From: Mycolicibacterium smegmatis
GTDB lineage: Bacteria; Actinomycetota; Actinomycetes; Mycobacteriales; Mycobacteriaceae
Assembly: GCF_001457595.1 (NCBI RefSeq)
Contig: NZ_LN831039.1
Span: 6,120,001-6,152,000, forward strand
Reading direction: 5' to 3'
DNA: 32,000 bases
Shown: positions 17,387 to 26,144 of the stretch, one piece after another
Position numbering within the stretch: position 1 is the first letter of the stretch
Layout of the letters: the number at the start of each line of letters is the position of its first letter
Position numbers and translations under genes: made by a program
Notes under the pieces: generated by a model
Told to the model about the DNA's origin: nothing
Database searches by the model: none
What the model saw: the letters and a program-made list of their open reading frames with translations, nothing else

Positions 17387-18367
17387 CTAGAACCGGTCCG
17401 GATGTAGTTGCCGCGCCAGCGAATCCACCGCCTTGGCCACCCGCACACCCACCACGACCGACGACAGCGGCAGCACCGCGAAACGCCGGTGCACGATCGC
17501 CGGCACGTGGGCCAGCATGGGATGGGCGGTCAGGAACGCCTTCTTCTGTTCCGCCGACTCGTCGCCGTAGTCGTAGATCAGGATCACGTCCGGTGCTCGG
17601 TCGGCGAACTGCTCGAACGACACGTCGGCCCACACCTTCTGCACGTCGTCGAAGAGATTCACCGCGCCGGCGGCCTCGATCATCTGATTGCCGATGCCTT
17701 TGCCGCCGGAGGTGAACACCGACGCCTCCCCGCTGTCGTAGACCGCGACGCGGACCGGCTCGACGCCGTTCACGGACTCTGCGGTTTCCGCGAGATCGCG
17801 ATGCAGCAGGTCGAGCAGGTGTCGCGCGCGCTCCTCGACCCCGAAGATCTCTCCGATGGTGCGGATCTCCTCGTCCACGGTCGCCATCGTCGCGGGTTCT
17901 GCGCTGCAGTCCTCGATGTTGAGGTGTGTGTTGATGCCGGCGTCGGACAGGCGTTGTCGCGCGCGACCTTCCTTGTCGTCGAACGCGCTGTCCCAGCCGC
18001 CGTAGACGAAGTCCGGTTCGACCGTCAGCAGCGCCTCGTACGACGGGTACTCGTCGGCAAGGACCGGTATGCGATCGTAGGCGCCCTGATACTCGGGCAG
18101 GATCGCGTCATCGAGGAATGAGGTGCCCACCATGGAATCCTCGAGCCCCAATGCGAGCAGTACCTCGATCGCATGCTGGTTGAGTGCGACGGCGCGGGTG
18201 GGTGGCCGCTCATAGGTGGTGGTGACGCCGCAGTTGTCCACCGTGATCGGGAATCCGGGTGCGGCAGCCTGACCGGCGTCGGACGCTGAGGTACTGGTAC
18301 ATCCCGACGCCACCAGCGCGATCGCCGAAACCACCGACCAGCATGCGATCGAGCGCCGCGCCGCCAT
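17387..18367 (-). CDS. Class III (PF01497-like, BtuF/FecB type) ABC substrate-binding lipoprotein; corrinoid-binding inferred from the riboswitch
   Basis: 326 aa with lipobox LVASGC. Architecture and motifs of siderophore/cobalamin binding proteins (RAVALNQHAIEVLLALGLEDSMVG). Directly downstream of a cobalamin riboswitch. Confidence 0.8.
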   Translation of the reverse strand: MAARRSIACWSVVSAIALVASGCTSTSASDAGQAAAPGFPITVDNCGVTTTYERPPTRAVALNQHAIEVLLALGLEDSMVGTSFLDDAILPEYQGAYDRIPVLADEYPSYEALLTVEPDFVYGGWDSAFDDKEGRARQRLSDAGINTHLNIEDCSAEPATMATVDEEIRTIGEIFGVEERARHLLDLLHRDLAETAESVNGVEPVRVAVYDSGEASVFTSGGKGIGNQMIEAAGAVNLFDDVQKVWADVSFEQFADRAPDVILIYDYGDESAEQKKAFLTAHPMLAHVPAIVHRRFAVLPLSSVVVGVRVAKAVDSLARQLHPDRF

Positions 18368-18374
18368 GTTCTCT

Positions 18375-18546
18375 CCATTCCTCTCCGGGGAGATCCGCCC
18401 CAGACCCTGCGAGGTGGTGACTGCGGTGAGTGTCTGACTCTCGACGCCCCGCGGGCATCGATCACAGTGGCGGGACCGTGCCGGATTCGCACCGGCTTCC
18501 TCGATCCGCAGTCGCCTTCGGCACCGATGGTGTCATACCGCACGCC
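18375..18546 (-). promoter_or_regulatory. Cobalamin (B12) riboswitch
   Basis: The minus-strand RNA contains GGAAGCCGGUGCGAAUCCGGCACGGUCCCGCCACUGUGA (18500->18462), the conserved cobalamin aptamer core. It is followed by a B12-box-like GAGAGUCAGACACUC (around 18439->18430). The element ends ~20-60 nt before the ATG at 18367. Confidence 0.85.
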
Positions 18547-18801
18547 TCAGCGCGGACCCGCCATCGGCAACAACGCCATCTCGCGGGCGTTCTTGATCGC
18601 GGTCGCGACCTGCCGTTGCTGCTGCGGCGTCAAGCCGGTGACGTGGCGCGAGCGGATCTTGCCGCGCTCGCTGAGGAAGGTGCGCAGCACCGCGACATCC
18701 TTGTAGTCGATGGTGGTGACGCCGAGCGCCTCTAGCTGATTGCGCCGCGGTTTCTTGAGTTCAGTTGCGGCCGTGCGCTTTCTGGACTTCTTGACTGCCA
18801 T
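18547..18801 (-). CDS. rpsR2: Alternative (Cys-less, zinc-independent) ribosomal protein S18
   Basis: 84 aa from ATG 18801. [32 protein letters not shown] is the bS18 signature. No Cys. One-nt overlap with the rpsN2 stop (TGATG). Confidence 0.9.
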   Translation of the reverse strand: MAVKKSRKRTAATELKKPRRNQLEALGVTTIDYKDVAVLRTFLSERGKIRSRHVTGLTPQQQRQVATAIKNAREMALLPMAGPR

Positions 18802-19106
18802 CACCAACTCGCCTTCCGCACACCGGGCAACTCGCCGCGATGCGCCATCTCGCGCACCCGCACACGGGACAACCCGAACTTGCGCAGATGCCCGCGTGGT
18901 CGGCCGTCGACGACATCGCGGTTGCGCAACCGCACGGGACTGGAGTCGCGCGGCAGCCGTTGCAATGCGCTGACCGCGGCCGCGCGCCGCTCTGGCGAGC
19001 TGGCCGGATCACGGATGGTCCTCTTGAGTTCGGCGCGCCGTTCGGCGTAGCGCTGCACCAGTTCTCGCCGCTGCTCGTTCTTGACAATCTTCGACTTCTT
19101 CGCCAT
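18801..19106 (-). CDS. rpsN2: Alternative (Cys-less) ribosomal protein S14
   Basis: 101 aa, [28 protein letters not shown]...[21 protein letters not shown]. It is the long uS14 form without the CxxC zinc ribbon. Confidence 0.9.
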   Translation of the reverse strand: MAKKSKIVKNEQRRELVQRYAERRAELKRTIRDPASSPERRAAAVSALQRLPRDSSPVRLRNRDVVDGRPRGHLRKFGLSRVRVREMAHRGELPGVRKASW

Positions 19107-19270
19107 CAGCGTTCCTCGCGGAACTCGACGTGGCGGCGCAGGACCGGATCGTATTTCCTGAGCACGATGCGGTCCGGGTCGTTGCGGCGATTCTTGCGGG
19201 TGACGTACGTGTATCCGGTTCCCGCAGTGGACCGCAGCTTCACGATGGGCCGGATCTCGTTGCGAGCCAT
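19106..19270 (-). CDS. rpmG2: Alternative (Cys-less) ribosomal protein L33
   Basis: Below the track's size cutoff. My translation is [54 protein letters not shown] (54 aa, no Cys). Start and stop overlap the neighbouring genes (TGATG on both sides). Confidence 0.9.
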   Translation of the reverse strand: MARNEIRPIVKLRSTAGTGYTYVTRKNRRNDPDRIVLRKYDPVLRRHVEFREER

Positions 19271-19506
19271 CAGACCTTCTCCCCCCGTGCACGCATTCGG
19301 GCGACGACGGCCTCGATGCCGTCACGGTCGATCACCTTGATGCCTTTTGCGCTGACCCGCAGCCGGATTCGTCGTCCCTCCGACGGCAGGTAATAGGTCT
19401 TGTTCTGGATATTGGGGTCCCAGCGTCTCGGGGTGCGTCGGTGCGAATGCGACACCGAGTTCCCGAATCCGGGGCCGCGCCCGGTCACCTGGCAGTGGGC
19501 CGACAT
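19270..19506 (-). CDS. rpmB2: Alternative ribosomal protein L28
   Basis: 78 aa from ATG 19506, preceded by [36 protein letters not shown] is the bL28 signature. It has a single Cys, so no CxxC pairs. Confidence 0.9.
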   Translation of the reverse strand: MSAHCQVTGRGPGFGNSVSHSHRRTPRRWDPNIQNKTYYLPSEGRRIRLRVSAKGIKVIDRDGIEAVVARMRARGEKV

Positions 19507-19538
19507 TGACTCTCCTTCGTCGTGCGGTACCGTCGTAC

Positions 19539-19563
19539 GATAATGACAATCGTTTTCAATAAG
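19539..19563. promoter_or_regulatory. Zur box (box E) between the divergent altRP operon and the mrf-like gene
   Basis: GATAATGACAATCGTTTTCAATAAG lies 33 nt upstream of the rpmB2 ATG and 17 nt upstream of the 19580 ATG. Its core is almost identical to box B. Confidence 0.8.
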
Positions 19564-19579
19564 CAAACCGGGAGGTCCC

Positions 19580-20794
19580 ATGCGTACGCCGGTAGTGCTG
19601 GTCGCCGGACAGGATGACGCCCGCGGAACCGGTCGGGCCGTCGTCGAGGAACTGCTCAAGGCACCTGGCACCCTGCTCGTCAGCCACACCTTCGACGGCC
19701 ATGTCGTCGTCCGCACCGTGAGCAGCTCGGTCGACAGCTCTCAGTGGGTACTTGAGCTGGTGCACGGATGCGTCTCGTGCACCGTGCGTGACGATCTGCT
19801 GATCCTGCTTCGCCGTCTGCACCGGCGCGCCGACGTGACCCGCATCGTCGTGCAGATGATGCCCTGGCTCGAGCCCGAACCCGTGCGCTGGGCCATCGAC
19901 AACGTGCACGTACGGGTCGGCCCGGGGTACATCGACGGGCCCGCGGCCCGCGACGTGGAGGTGGCAGCCGTGGTGACATGCGTGGACACCGCGGCGTGGC
20001 TGGAGCAGGCGCTCGGCGAGGACGAACTCGCCGACGGCCGCACGGCCGCCCAGGTGGTGGTCGGGCAGGCCGAGGTCGCCGACGTCCTCGTGCTCGGCGA
20101 ACCGGAGGCAACGACACTGGCGGTGCTGCGCCGGCTTGCGCCCCGCGCACGGATCACGGTCGGGCCGGACCGCCTCGAGCTGGCCCTGGCCCACCTCGAA
20201 CCGGACACCCCACGCGGACGCGCGCTCTCGCCCCGCGATTCCCTGCTGGCCGGACAACCGCCGCTGACGGCCGACGGCGAAGTACGCATCGTCGAGTTCA
20301 CCGCACGGCGTCCGTTCCACCCGGTGCGGCTACATGCGGCCATCGACCTGCTGCTCGACGGCGTGGTGCGCACCCGCGGCCGCGCCTGGCTGGCCAACCG
20401 GGACGCCGAGGTCATGTGGATCGAATCAGCCGGTGGCGGACTGCGTGTCAGCACCGCTGGAAAATGGCTGGCCGCAATGAATTCCAGCGAGCTTGCCTAC
20501 ACGGATCCGCAGTGGCGCGCGCTGGCGGCTATCGACTGGGACCCGAGTTTCGGCGACCGGCACGTCTCGCTCGTCATGCTGGTCTGCGGCGCCCGCACCG
20601 ACGACATCCTCGACGCACTGCGTGGCGCCCTGCTCACCGACGCCGAGTTCGCCCGACGACAGGAGTGGCGTCACTACCCCGACCCGTTCGGCGACTGGCA
20701 CCAGGAACCGTGCGACGCCGACCAGGCTGCCCACGCCGCGCAATTCTCAGACGCTCGTCACCACCCCGACCCCCAGACAGGAGAGCAATCGTGA
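19580..20794 (+). CDS. mrf: COG0523-like protein with a degenerate P-loop; probable Mrf (MPY recruitment factor) ortholog
   Basis: 404 aa with a COG0523 layout, but the Walker A position reads [11 protein letters not shown] (no GxxGxGK[ST]) and the CxCC motif is GCVSCT. It is adjacent to altRP genes, as the Rv0106-type proteins are. The Mrf assignment comes from memory of the published M. smegmatis locus. Confidence 0.6.
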   Translation: MRTPVVLVAGQDDARGTGRAVVEELLKAPGTLLVSHTFDGHVVVRTVSSSVDSSQWVLELVHGCVSCTVRDDLLILLRRLHRRADVTRIVVQMMPWLEPEPVRWAIDNVHVRVGPGYIDGPAARDVEVAAVVTCVDTAAWLEQALGEDELADGRTAAQVVVGQAEVADVLVLGEPEATTLAVLRRLAPRARITVGPDRLELALAHLEPDTPRGRALSPRDSLLAGQPPLTADGEVRIVEFTARRPFHPVRLHAAIDLLLDGVVRTRGRAWLANRDAEVMWIESAGGGLRVSTAGKWLAAMNSSELAYTDPQWRALAAIDWDPSFGDRHVSLVMLVCGARTDDILDALRGALLTDAEFARRQEWRHYPDPFGDWHQEPCDADQAAHAAQFSDARHHPDPQTGEQS

Positions 20795-21039
20795 AACCCG
20801 GCATCCACCCCGACTACCACCCGGTGGTGTTCCAGGACGCCGCAACGGGCGCGCAGTTCCTGACGCGCTCGACGGCCACCAGCACCCGCACCATCGAATG
20901 GCCCACCCCCAGCGGGCCGAAGACCTACCCGCTGATCGTGGTCGACGTCACCAGCGATTCGCATCCGTTCTGGACCGGATCGGCACGGCACATCGACTCC
21001 GCGGGTCAGGTGGAGAAGTTCCGGCGTCGCTACGGATGA
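20791..21039 (+). CDS. rpmE2: Alternative (type B, Cys-less) ribosomal protein L31
   Basis: 82 aa from GTG 20791 (GTGA overlap with the mrf-like stop). [16 protein letters not shown]...HPFWTG...[11 protein letters not shown] is the bL31 type B signature without CxxC. Confidence 0.9.
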   Translation: MKPGIHPDYHPVVFQDAATGAQFLTRSTATSTRTIEWPTPSGPKTYPLIVVDVTSDSHPFWTGSARHIDSAGQVEKFRRRYG

Positions 21040-21061
21040 CGGTCCACCTTAGGGTGGGGCC

Positions 21062-22007
21062 ATGCGGCTCAAACCCGGCAGGCCAGATCTGGCCGACCAC
21101 GCGCGGTTCTGCGACGCGCCCACGGCCACACCGGATTCCCCGGTCACCGTCACGTGGGCCGGTGTCACCACGCTTTTGGTCGACGACGGTGCGTCGGCGC
21201 TGCTGACCGACGGGTTCTTCAGCCGCCCCGGCCTGCTCACCGTTGGCCTGCGCCCGCTCGCGCCGAACGTGCCGCGGATCGACGGCTGCCTGGCCCGGTT
21301 GGGTGTGGACCGGCTCGCCGCGGTGCTGCCCGTGCACACCCACTTCGATCACGCCATGGACTCCGCCGTCGTCGCCGAACGCACCGGAGCGGCGCTGGTC
21401 GGTGGATCCTCGGCGGCGCAGATCGGCATCGGCGGCGGTCTGCCCGACGACCGGATCGTCACCGTCACCCCGGGTGAACCTGTAGCCATGGAGGCCTACG
21501 ACGTCACGCTGTTCGTCTCCGAGCACTGCCCGCCGGACCGGTTCCCCGGCGTCATCACCGAGCCCGTGGTGCCCCCGGCCAAGGCGTCGGCGTACAAGTG
21601 CGGTGAGGCGTGGTCGACGCTCGTGCACCACCGCCCGAGCGACCGTCGCGTGCTGATCGTCGGCAGCGCGGGCGCGGTTCCCGGCGCGCTGGCCGGGCAG
21701 CGCGCCGACGTCGTGTACCTGGGAGTCGGGCAGCTGGGACGGCAGCCCGAGCGCTACCTCACCGAACTACTGGACGCAGACCGTGCGCACCGTCGGCGCG
21801 CGCCGCGTGGTGCTGATCCACTGGGACGATTTCTTCCGGCCCCTGCACCGCCCGCTGCGTGCGCTGCCGTATGTGGCCGACGATCTCGACGCCACCATGC
21901 GCGTGCTCACCACGCTGGCCGCACACGACGGCGTCGCGCTGCACCTGCCGACGCTGTGGCAGCGCAGCGACCCCTGGATCGAGACCGGGAGCGGGCCCTG
22001 GCGCTGA
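21062..22007 (+). pseudogene. MBL-fold metallo-hydrolase with an apparent +1 frameshift near 21760-21772 (pseudogene or sequence error)
   Basis: The frame of 21062 encodes a plausible N-terminal ~235 aa including HTHFDH. After ...ERYLTE it becomes Arg/Ala/Pro-rich junk. The +1 frame continues with YWTQTVRTVGARRVVLIHWDDFFRPL...TLWQRSDPWIETGSGPWR*, which has high GC3 and is protein-like, ending at TGA 22005..22007. Confidence 0.55.
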
Positions 22008-22033
22008 CGCTGGCGCTCATCGCGCTGATCGTC

Positions 22034-23239
22034 GTGCTGACCTTTGCGATGGTGCGCCCCAACGGATGGCCCGAGGCCGTGGCCGCCGTGCCCGCAGCGG
22101 TCCTGCTCATCGCCCTCGGGGCGATCTCGGTGCACGACGCGGTGGACGAGGCAGGCCGCCTGCTACCGGTGGTCGGGTTCCTCGCGGCCGTCCTCGTGCT
22201 CGCGCACCTGTGCGACGACGAGGGCCTGTTCCACGCGGCGGGCACGCTGATGGCCCGGGCGAGCCGCGGGCACCCGCGCAAGCTGCTGCTGCGGGTCTTC
22301 GTCATCGGCGCGACCACGACCGCGGTGCTGAGCCTGGATGCGACCGTGGTGCTGCTGACGCCGGTGGTGCTCGCGACCGCACGCACGCTCGCGATCGCAC
22401 CCCGCCCGCACGCGTATGCCTCGGCACATCTGGCCAACTCCGCGTCGCTGCTGTTCCCGGTGTCGAATCTGACCAACCTGCTGGCGTTCACGGTCGCCGG
22501 GCTGAGCTTCGTGGAGTTCAGCGCGTACATGGCGATACCGTGGCTGGCCGCCGTGGCGGTCGAATTCGCGCTGCTGAGTTGGCTTTTCAGCGCCGAGCTG
22601 CGGCCGCGGCCGGTGCCGGAGACCGCGCCGCCACCACCGGAGGTGCCGGTGTTCGTCCTCGTGGTGCTCGGCCTGACCCTCGCGGGTTTCGCGGTGACCT
22701 CGCTGCTGGACCTCGCACCCGCGTGGGCCGCCCTGGCCGGTGCCGTGGTGCTCGGGATACGCAGTTTCGCGCAACGCCGCAGCACGGTGCGCGGCATCGT
22801 GCGCGCGGTCAACGTGCCGTTCCTGGCGTTCGTGCTGTGCCTGGGCGTCGTGGTGGATGCCGTGGTGCTCAACGGGCCCGAGGCGGTCATGCGCGATGTG
22901 CTGCCCGACGGCGACTCGCTGCCCGCGCTGCTGGGCTACGCCGCGATCGCGGCCGTGCTGGCCAATCTGGTGAACAACCTGCCCGCCGTGCTGATGCTGT
23001 TGCCGTTGGTGGCCGCGGCGGGCCCCGGCGCGGTGCTGGCCGTGCTGATCGGTGTGAACGTGGGCCCGAACCTGACCTATGTGGGTTCGCTGTCGAACCT
23101 GTTGTGGCGCCATGTCGTCCACCGGCAAGGTCTGGCGGCCAAGGCAGGCGAGTTCAGCCGCGTGGGTGTGGTCACCACACCGCTGACGTTGGTCGCCGCG
23201 GTCCTCGGGTTGTGGGCGGGCCTGGAGCTGTTCGGCTGA
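22034..23239 (+). CDS. ArsB/NhaD-superfamily (arsenical pump membrane protein-like) permease
   Basis: Polytopic protein with motifs SLDATVVLLTPVV, ANSASLLFPVSNLTNLL, VNNLPAVLMLLP and GVNVGPNLTYVGSLSNLLW. The start is uncertain (GTG 22034 or ATG 22049). The hydrophobic segment begins at ~21998, where only CTG codons are available. Confidence 0.75.
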   Translation: MLTFAMVRPNGWPEAVAAVPAAVLLIALGAISVHDAVDEAGRLLPVVGFLAAVLVLAHLCDDEGLFHAAGTLMARASRGHPRKLLLRVFVIGATTTAVLSLDATVVLLTPVVLATARTLAIAPRPHAYASAHLANSASLLFPVSNLTNLLAFTVAGLSFVEFSAYMAIPWLAAVAVEFALLSWLFSAELRPRPVPETAPPPPEVPVFVLVVLGLTLAGFAVTSLLDLAPAWAALAGAVVLGIRSFAQRRSTVRGIVRAVNVPFLAFVLCLGVVVDAVVLNGPEAVMRDVLPDGDSLPALLGYAAIAAVLANLVNNLPAVLMLLPLVAAAGPGAVLAVLIGVNVGPNLTYVGSLSNLLWRHVVHRQGLAAKAGEFSRVGVVTTPLTLVAAVLGLWAGLELFG

Positions 23240-23245
23240 GCCGTG

Positions 23246-24190
23246 TCAGCTGCGGCGCTGACGCGCGATCTCGGCGAGCACCACACCGGCGGCCACCGAC
23301 GCGTTGAGCGACTCGGTGGGCCCGGCCATCGGGATCGACACGATCGCGTCGCAGTGCTCACGCACGAGCCGCGACAGGCCCTTGCCCTCGGAGCCGACGA
23401 CGACGACCGTGGGGCCCGTCGCGTCGAGTTCGTCGAGGGTCGTGTCACCGCCGGCGTCGAGGCCGACGATCTGCAGGCCCGCGTCGGCAAAGCTCTTCAG
23501 CGTCCGGTTGAGGTTCGTCGCGCGCGCCACCGGAACACGTGCCGCGGCACCGGCGCTCGTGCGCCAGGCCACCGCGGTGACCGATGCCGACCGGCGCTGC
23601 GGGATCACCACGCCGTGGCCGGCGAACGCGGCCACCGATCGCACGATCGCCCCCAGGTTGCGCGGATCGGAGATGTTGTCGAGCGCCACCAGCAGCGCGG
23701 GTGCGGCATCGGCTCTCGCCGTGGCCAGCAGGTCGTCGGGGTGCGCGTAGGCGTACGGCGGCACCTGCAGTCCCAGGCCCTGGTGCAGCCCGTGGTTGCT
23801 CATGCGGTCCAGATCGGTGCGGGGCACCTCGAGGATCGAGATGCCGCGGTCCGCGGCCATCTGGACGGACTCGGTCACGCGCTCGTCGGCGTCGGTGCCC
23901 AGCGCGACGTACAGCGCGGTCGCGGGCACCTTGGCGCGCAGGCATTCGAGCACCGGATTGCGGCCGAGCACCAGTTCGGTCTCGTCGGTCTTGCGGCCGG
24001 CGCGCTGCTGCTGCGCCTTGGCCGCGGCCCTGGCCTTCTTGGCTGCCGGATGGTTGGGGCGCATGTGGGCCGGCGGCGTCGCGCCACGGCCCTCCAGGCC
24101 GCGCCTGCGCACACCGCCAGAACCCACGGTCGGGCCCTTCTTGGTCCCGGGCTTGCGAACTGCGCCGCGCCGCTGTGAATTTCCGGCCAT
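23246..24190 (-). CDS. rlmB: 23S rRNA (guanosine-2'-O)-methyltransferase, SpoU/TrmH family (RlmB, Rv3579c-like)
   Basis: 314 aa from ATG 24190 (one-nt overlap with the cysS TAA). Basic N-terminal tail followed by a SpoU methylase domain ([46 protein letters not shown]). Confidence 0.85.
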   Translation of the reverse strand: MAGNSQRRGAVRKPGTKKGPTVGSGGVRRRGLEGRGATPPAHMRPNHPAAKKARAAAKAQQQRAGRKTDETELVLGRNPVLECLRAKVPATALYVALGTDADERVTESVQMAADRGISILEVPRTDLDRMSNHGLHQGLGLQVPPYAYAHPDDLLATARADAAPALLVALDNISDPRNLGAIVRSVAAFAGHGVVIPQRRSASVTAVAWRTSAGAAARVPVARATNLNRTLKSFADAGLQIVGLDAGGDTTLDELDATGPTVVVVGSEGKGLSRLVREHCDAIVSIPMAGPTESLNASVAAGVVLAEIARQRRS

Positions 24191-25623
24191 TACTTGTCCC
24201 GCTCTATCAGGGCCCATTGCGGGCCGTCGGCGGTGTCGGTGACCTCGATACCGGCTTCCTTGAGCCTATCGCGGATCGCGTCGGCGGCCGCCCAGTCGCG
24301 ACGCTCACGGGCCTCGGCGCGGCTGGCCAGCGCCCACTGCACCAGCACGTCGACGGCCTTGAGCGCGGCCGACGTCGCATCACGCGACTCCCAGCGCTCG
24401 TTGAGCGGGTCGCAGCCGAGGATGTCCATCATGGCGCGGATCGACGACGCCTGCTGCATCGCGGTCTGGTGGTCGCCCGAGTCCAGCGCCCGGTTGCCCT
24501 CGGCGCGCGCGGCGTGGATCTCGGCCAGCGCGATGGGCACCGACAGATCGTCGTTGAGCGCCGCGGCGAACTTCGGCGTCCATTCCCCGATCGGCACCGA
24601 GCCGACGCGACTGCACACACGGTGCAGGAAGTCCTCGATGCCCGTGTAAGCCTTGACCGCGTCCTGCAGCGCGGTCTCGGAGAACTCCAGCATCGACCGG
24701 TAGTGCGCACTGCCCAGGTAGTAGCGCAGCTCGGCAGCCCGGACCCGTTGCAGCACAGCGGGAATCGAGAGCACGTTGCCCAGCGACTTGCTCATCTTCT
24801 CGCCGCCCATGGTGACCCAGCCGTTGTGCAGCCAGTACCGGGCGAAGCCGTCGCCTGCGCCGTGCGCCTGCGCGATCTCGTTCTCGTGGTGCGGGAACAC
24901 CAGATCCATGCCGCCTGCGTGGATGTCGAATTCGGGGCCCAGGTAGGCCTCGCACATCGCGACACACTCGGTGTGCCAGCCGGGACGGCCGCGGCCCCAC
25001 GGCGTGGGCCAGGACGGCTCGCCGGGCTTGGCGCCCTTCCACAGCGTGAAGTCGCGCTGATCGCGTTTGCCGGTCGCGACGCCCTCGCCCTGGTGCACAT
25101 CGTCGATGCGGTGCCCCGACAACTGCCCGTAGTCCGGCAGGCTCAGCACGTCGAAGTACACGTCGCCGCCCGCGGCGTAGGCGTGGCCCTTGTCGATGAG
25201 GCGCTCGATGAGCTCGACCATCTGCGTGATGTGCCCAGTGGCCCTCGGCTCGGCAGACGGCGGCAGCACGCCCAGCGCGTCGTAGGCGGCCGAGAAGGCA
25301 CGCTCGAAGGTGGCGGCCCACTCCCACCACGGACGCCCGGCGTCAGCGGCCTTGTTGAGGATCTTGTCGTCGATGTCGGTGACATTGCGGATGAACGCGA
25401 CGTCGTAGCCGTTGGCGGTCAGCCAGCGGCGCAACACGTCGAACGCAACCCCACTCCGGACATGTCCGATGTGCGGAAGACCTTGTACGGTCGCCCCGCA
25501 CAGGTAGATCGAAGCGTGCCCAGGCCGCAACGGCACGAAATCACGTACGGCACCCGCCATGGTGTCGTAGAGCCTCAAGCCGAGCTCAGGGCCCGACCCG
25601 ACAGCTTGAGCGCGATCGGTCAC
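24190..25623 (-). CDS. cysS: Cysteine--tRNA ligase
   Basis: 477 aa with HIGH (LPHIGHVRS), KMSKS and class I CysRS blocks ([17 protein letters not shown]). Confidence 0.95.
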   Translation of the reverse strand: MTDRAQAVGSGPELGLRLYDTMAGAVRDFVPLRPGHASIYLCGATVQGLPHIGHVRSGVAFDVLRRWLTANGYDVAFIRNVTDIDDKILNKAADAGRPWWEWAATFERAFSAAYDALGVLPPSAEPRATGHITQMVELIERLIDKGHAYAAGGDVYFDVLSLPDYGQLSGHRIDDVHQGEGVATGKRDQRDFTLWKGAKPGEPSWPTPWGRGRPGWHTECVAMCEAYLGPEFDIHAGGMDLVFPHHENEIAQAHGAGDGFARYWLHNGWVTMGGEKMSKSLGNVLSIPAVLQRVRAAELRYYLGSAHYRSMLEFSETALQDAVKAYTGIEDFLHRVCSRVGSVPIGEWTPKFAAALNDDLSVPIALAEIHAARAEGNRALDSGDHQTAMQQASSIRAMMDILGCDPLNERWESRDATSAALKAVDVLVQWALASRAEARERRDWAAADAIRDRLKEAGIEVTDTADGPQWALIERDK

Positions 25624-25652
25624 GACGTGCCAGCTTACCGGCCCTTTGAGGG

Positions 25653-26144
25653 CTACTTTGCATCACCGACCGGTTCGGCGGCCACGAGGGCCGTGGCGAT
25701 GGCTGCCAGACCCTCGCCGCGGCCGGTCAGCCCGAGGCCGTCGGTGGTGGTGGCCGACACCGACACCGGGGCTCCCACCAGCCCGGAGAGCACCTGTTGT
25801 GCCTCTTCGCGCCGGGGCCCCACCTTCGGCCGATTGCCGATGACCTGCACCGTTGCGTTGCCGACGACGAAGCCCGCGTTCTCGACGAGCGCGCGCACGT
25901 GACGAATCATGTCGGCGCCGCTGGCACCGCGCCACTGCGGGCGGTCGGTGCCGAAGATCGTGCCGAGATCACCCAACCCGGCAGCGCTGAGTAGCGCGTC
26001 ACACAGCGCGTGGGCCGCGACATCGCCGTCGGAGTGGCCTGCGCAGCCGTCGGCGTCGTCGAATTCCAGGCACAGCAGACGACACGGGCGGCCTGCCTCG
26101 ATCGGGTGGACGTCGGTGCCGAGCCCGACGCGAGGCAGCATCAT
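25653..26144 (-). CDS. ispF: 2-C-methyl-D-erythritol 2,4-cyclodiphosphate synthase
   Basis: 163 aa with [34 protein letters not shown] and [18 protein letters not shown] overlap with ispD. Confidence 0.95.
   Translation of the reverse strand: MMLPRVGLGTDVHPIEAGRPCRLLCLEFDDADGCAGHSDGDVAAHALCDALLSAAGLGDLGTIFGTDRPQWRGASGADMIRHVRALVENAGFVVGNATVQVIGNRPKVGPRREEAQQVLSGLVGAPVSVSATTTDGLGLTGRGEGLAAIATALVAAEPVGDAK

Noticed and set aside
15564-17633. 689-aa ORF in the track that would be a giant ATPase fusion
   Set aside because: Only the C-terminal 263 aa (from ATG 16355) look like an ABC ATPase. The N-terminal ~426 aa are Arg/Gly/Ala-rich and low-complexity, and lie in an alternative frame over the FecCD permease and binding-protein genes. 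This is a typical high-GC shadow frame.
18382-18393. TCTCC-GG-GGAGA palindrome as an RBS-sequestering hairpin of the riboswitch expression platform
   Set aside because: A 2-nt loop is sterically implausible. I could not confidently fold the expression platform by eye and leave it unresolved.
21040-21061. Small hairpin CCACC-TTAG-GGTGG after rpmE2 as a terminator
   Set aside because: It has only a 5-bp stem and no U-tract. This is too weak to call, so read-through into the MBL gene remains possible.
21062-23239. 725-aa single ORF read as an MBL hydrolase-permease fusion protein
   Set aside because: The ~80-aa linker (DADRAHRRRAPRG...DRDRER) is out-of-frame-looking junk. The +1 frame carries the real MBL C-terminus. 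I interpret this as a frameshifted MBL gene followed by a separate ArsB/NhaD-type permease.
23584-25902. 772-aa plus-strand ORF
   Set aside because: It is antisense to cysS and rlmB and has Arg/Pro/Ala/Gly-dominated composition with no motifs. It is a shadow ORF of a high-GC region.
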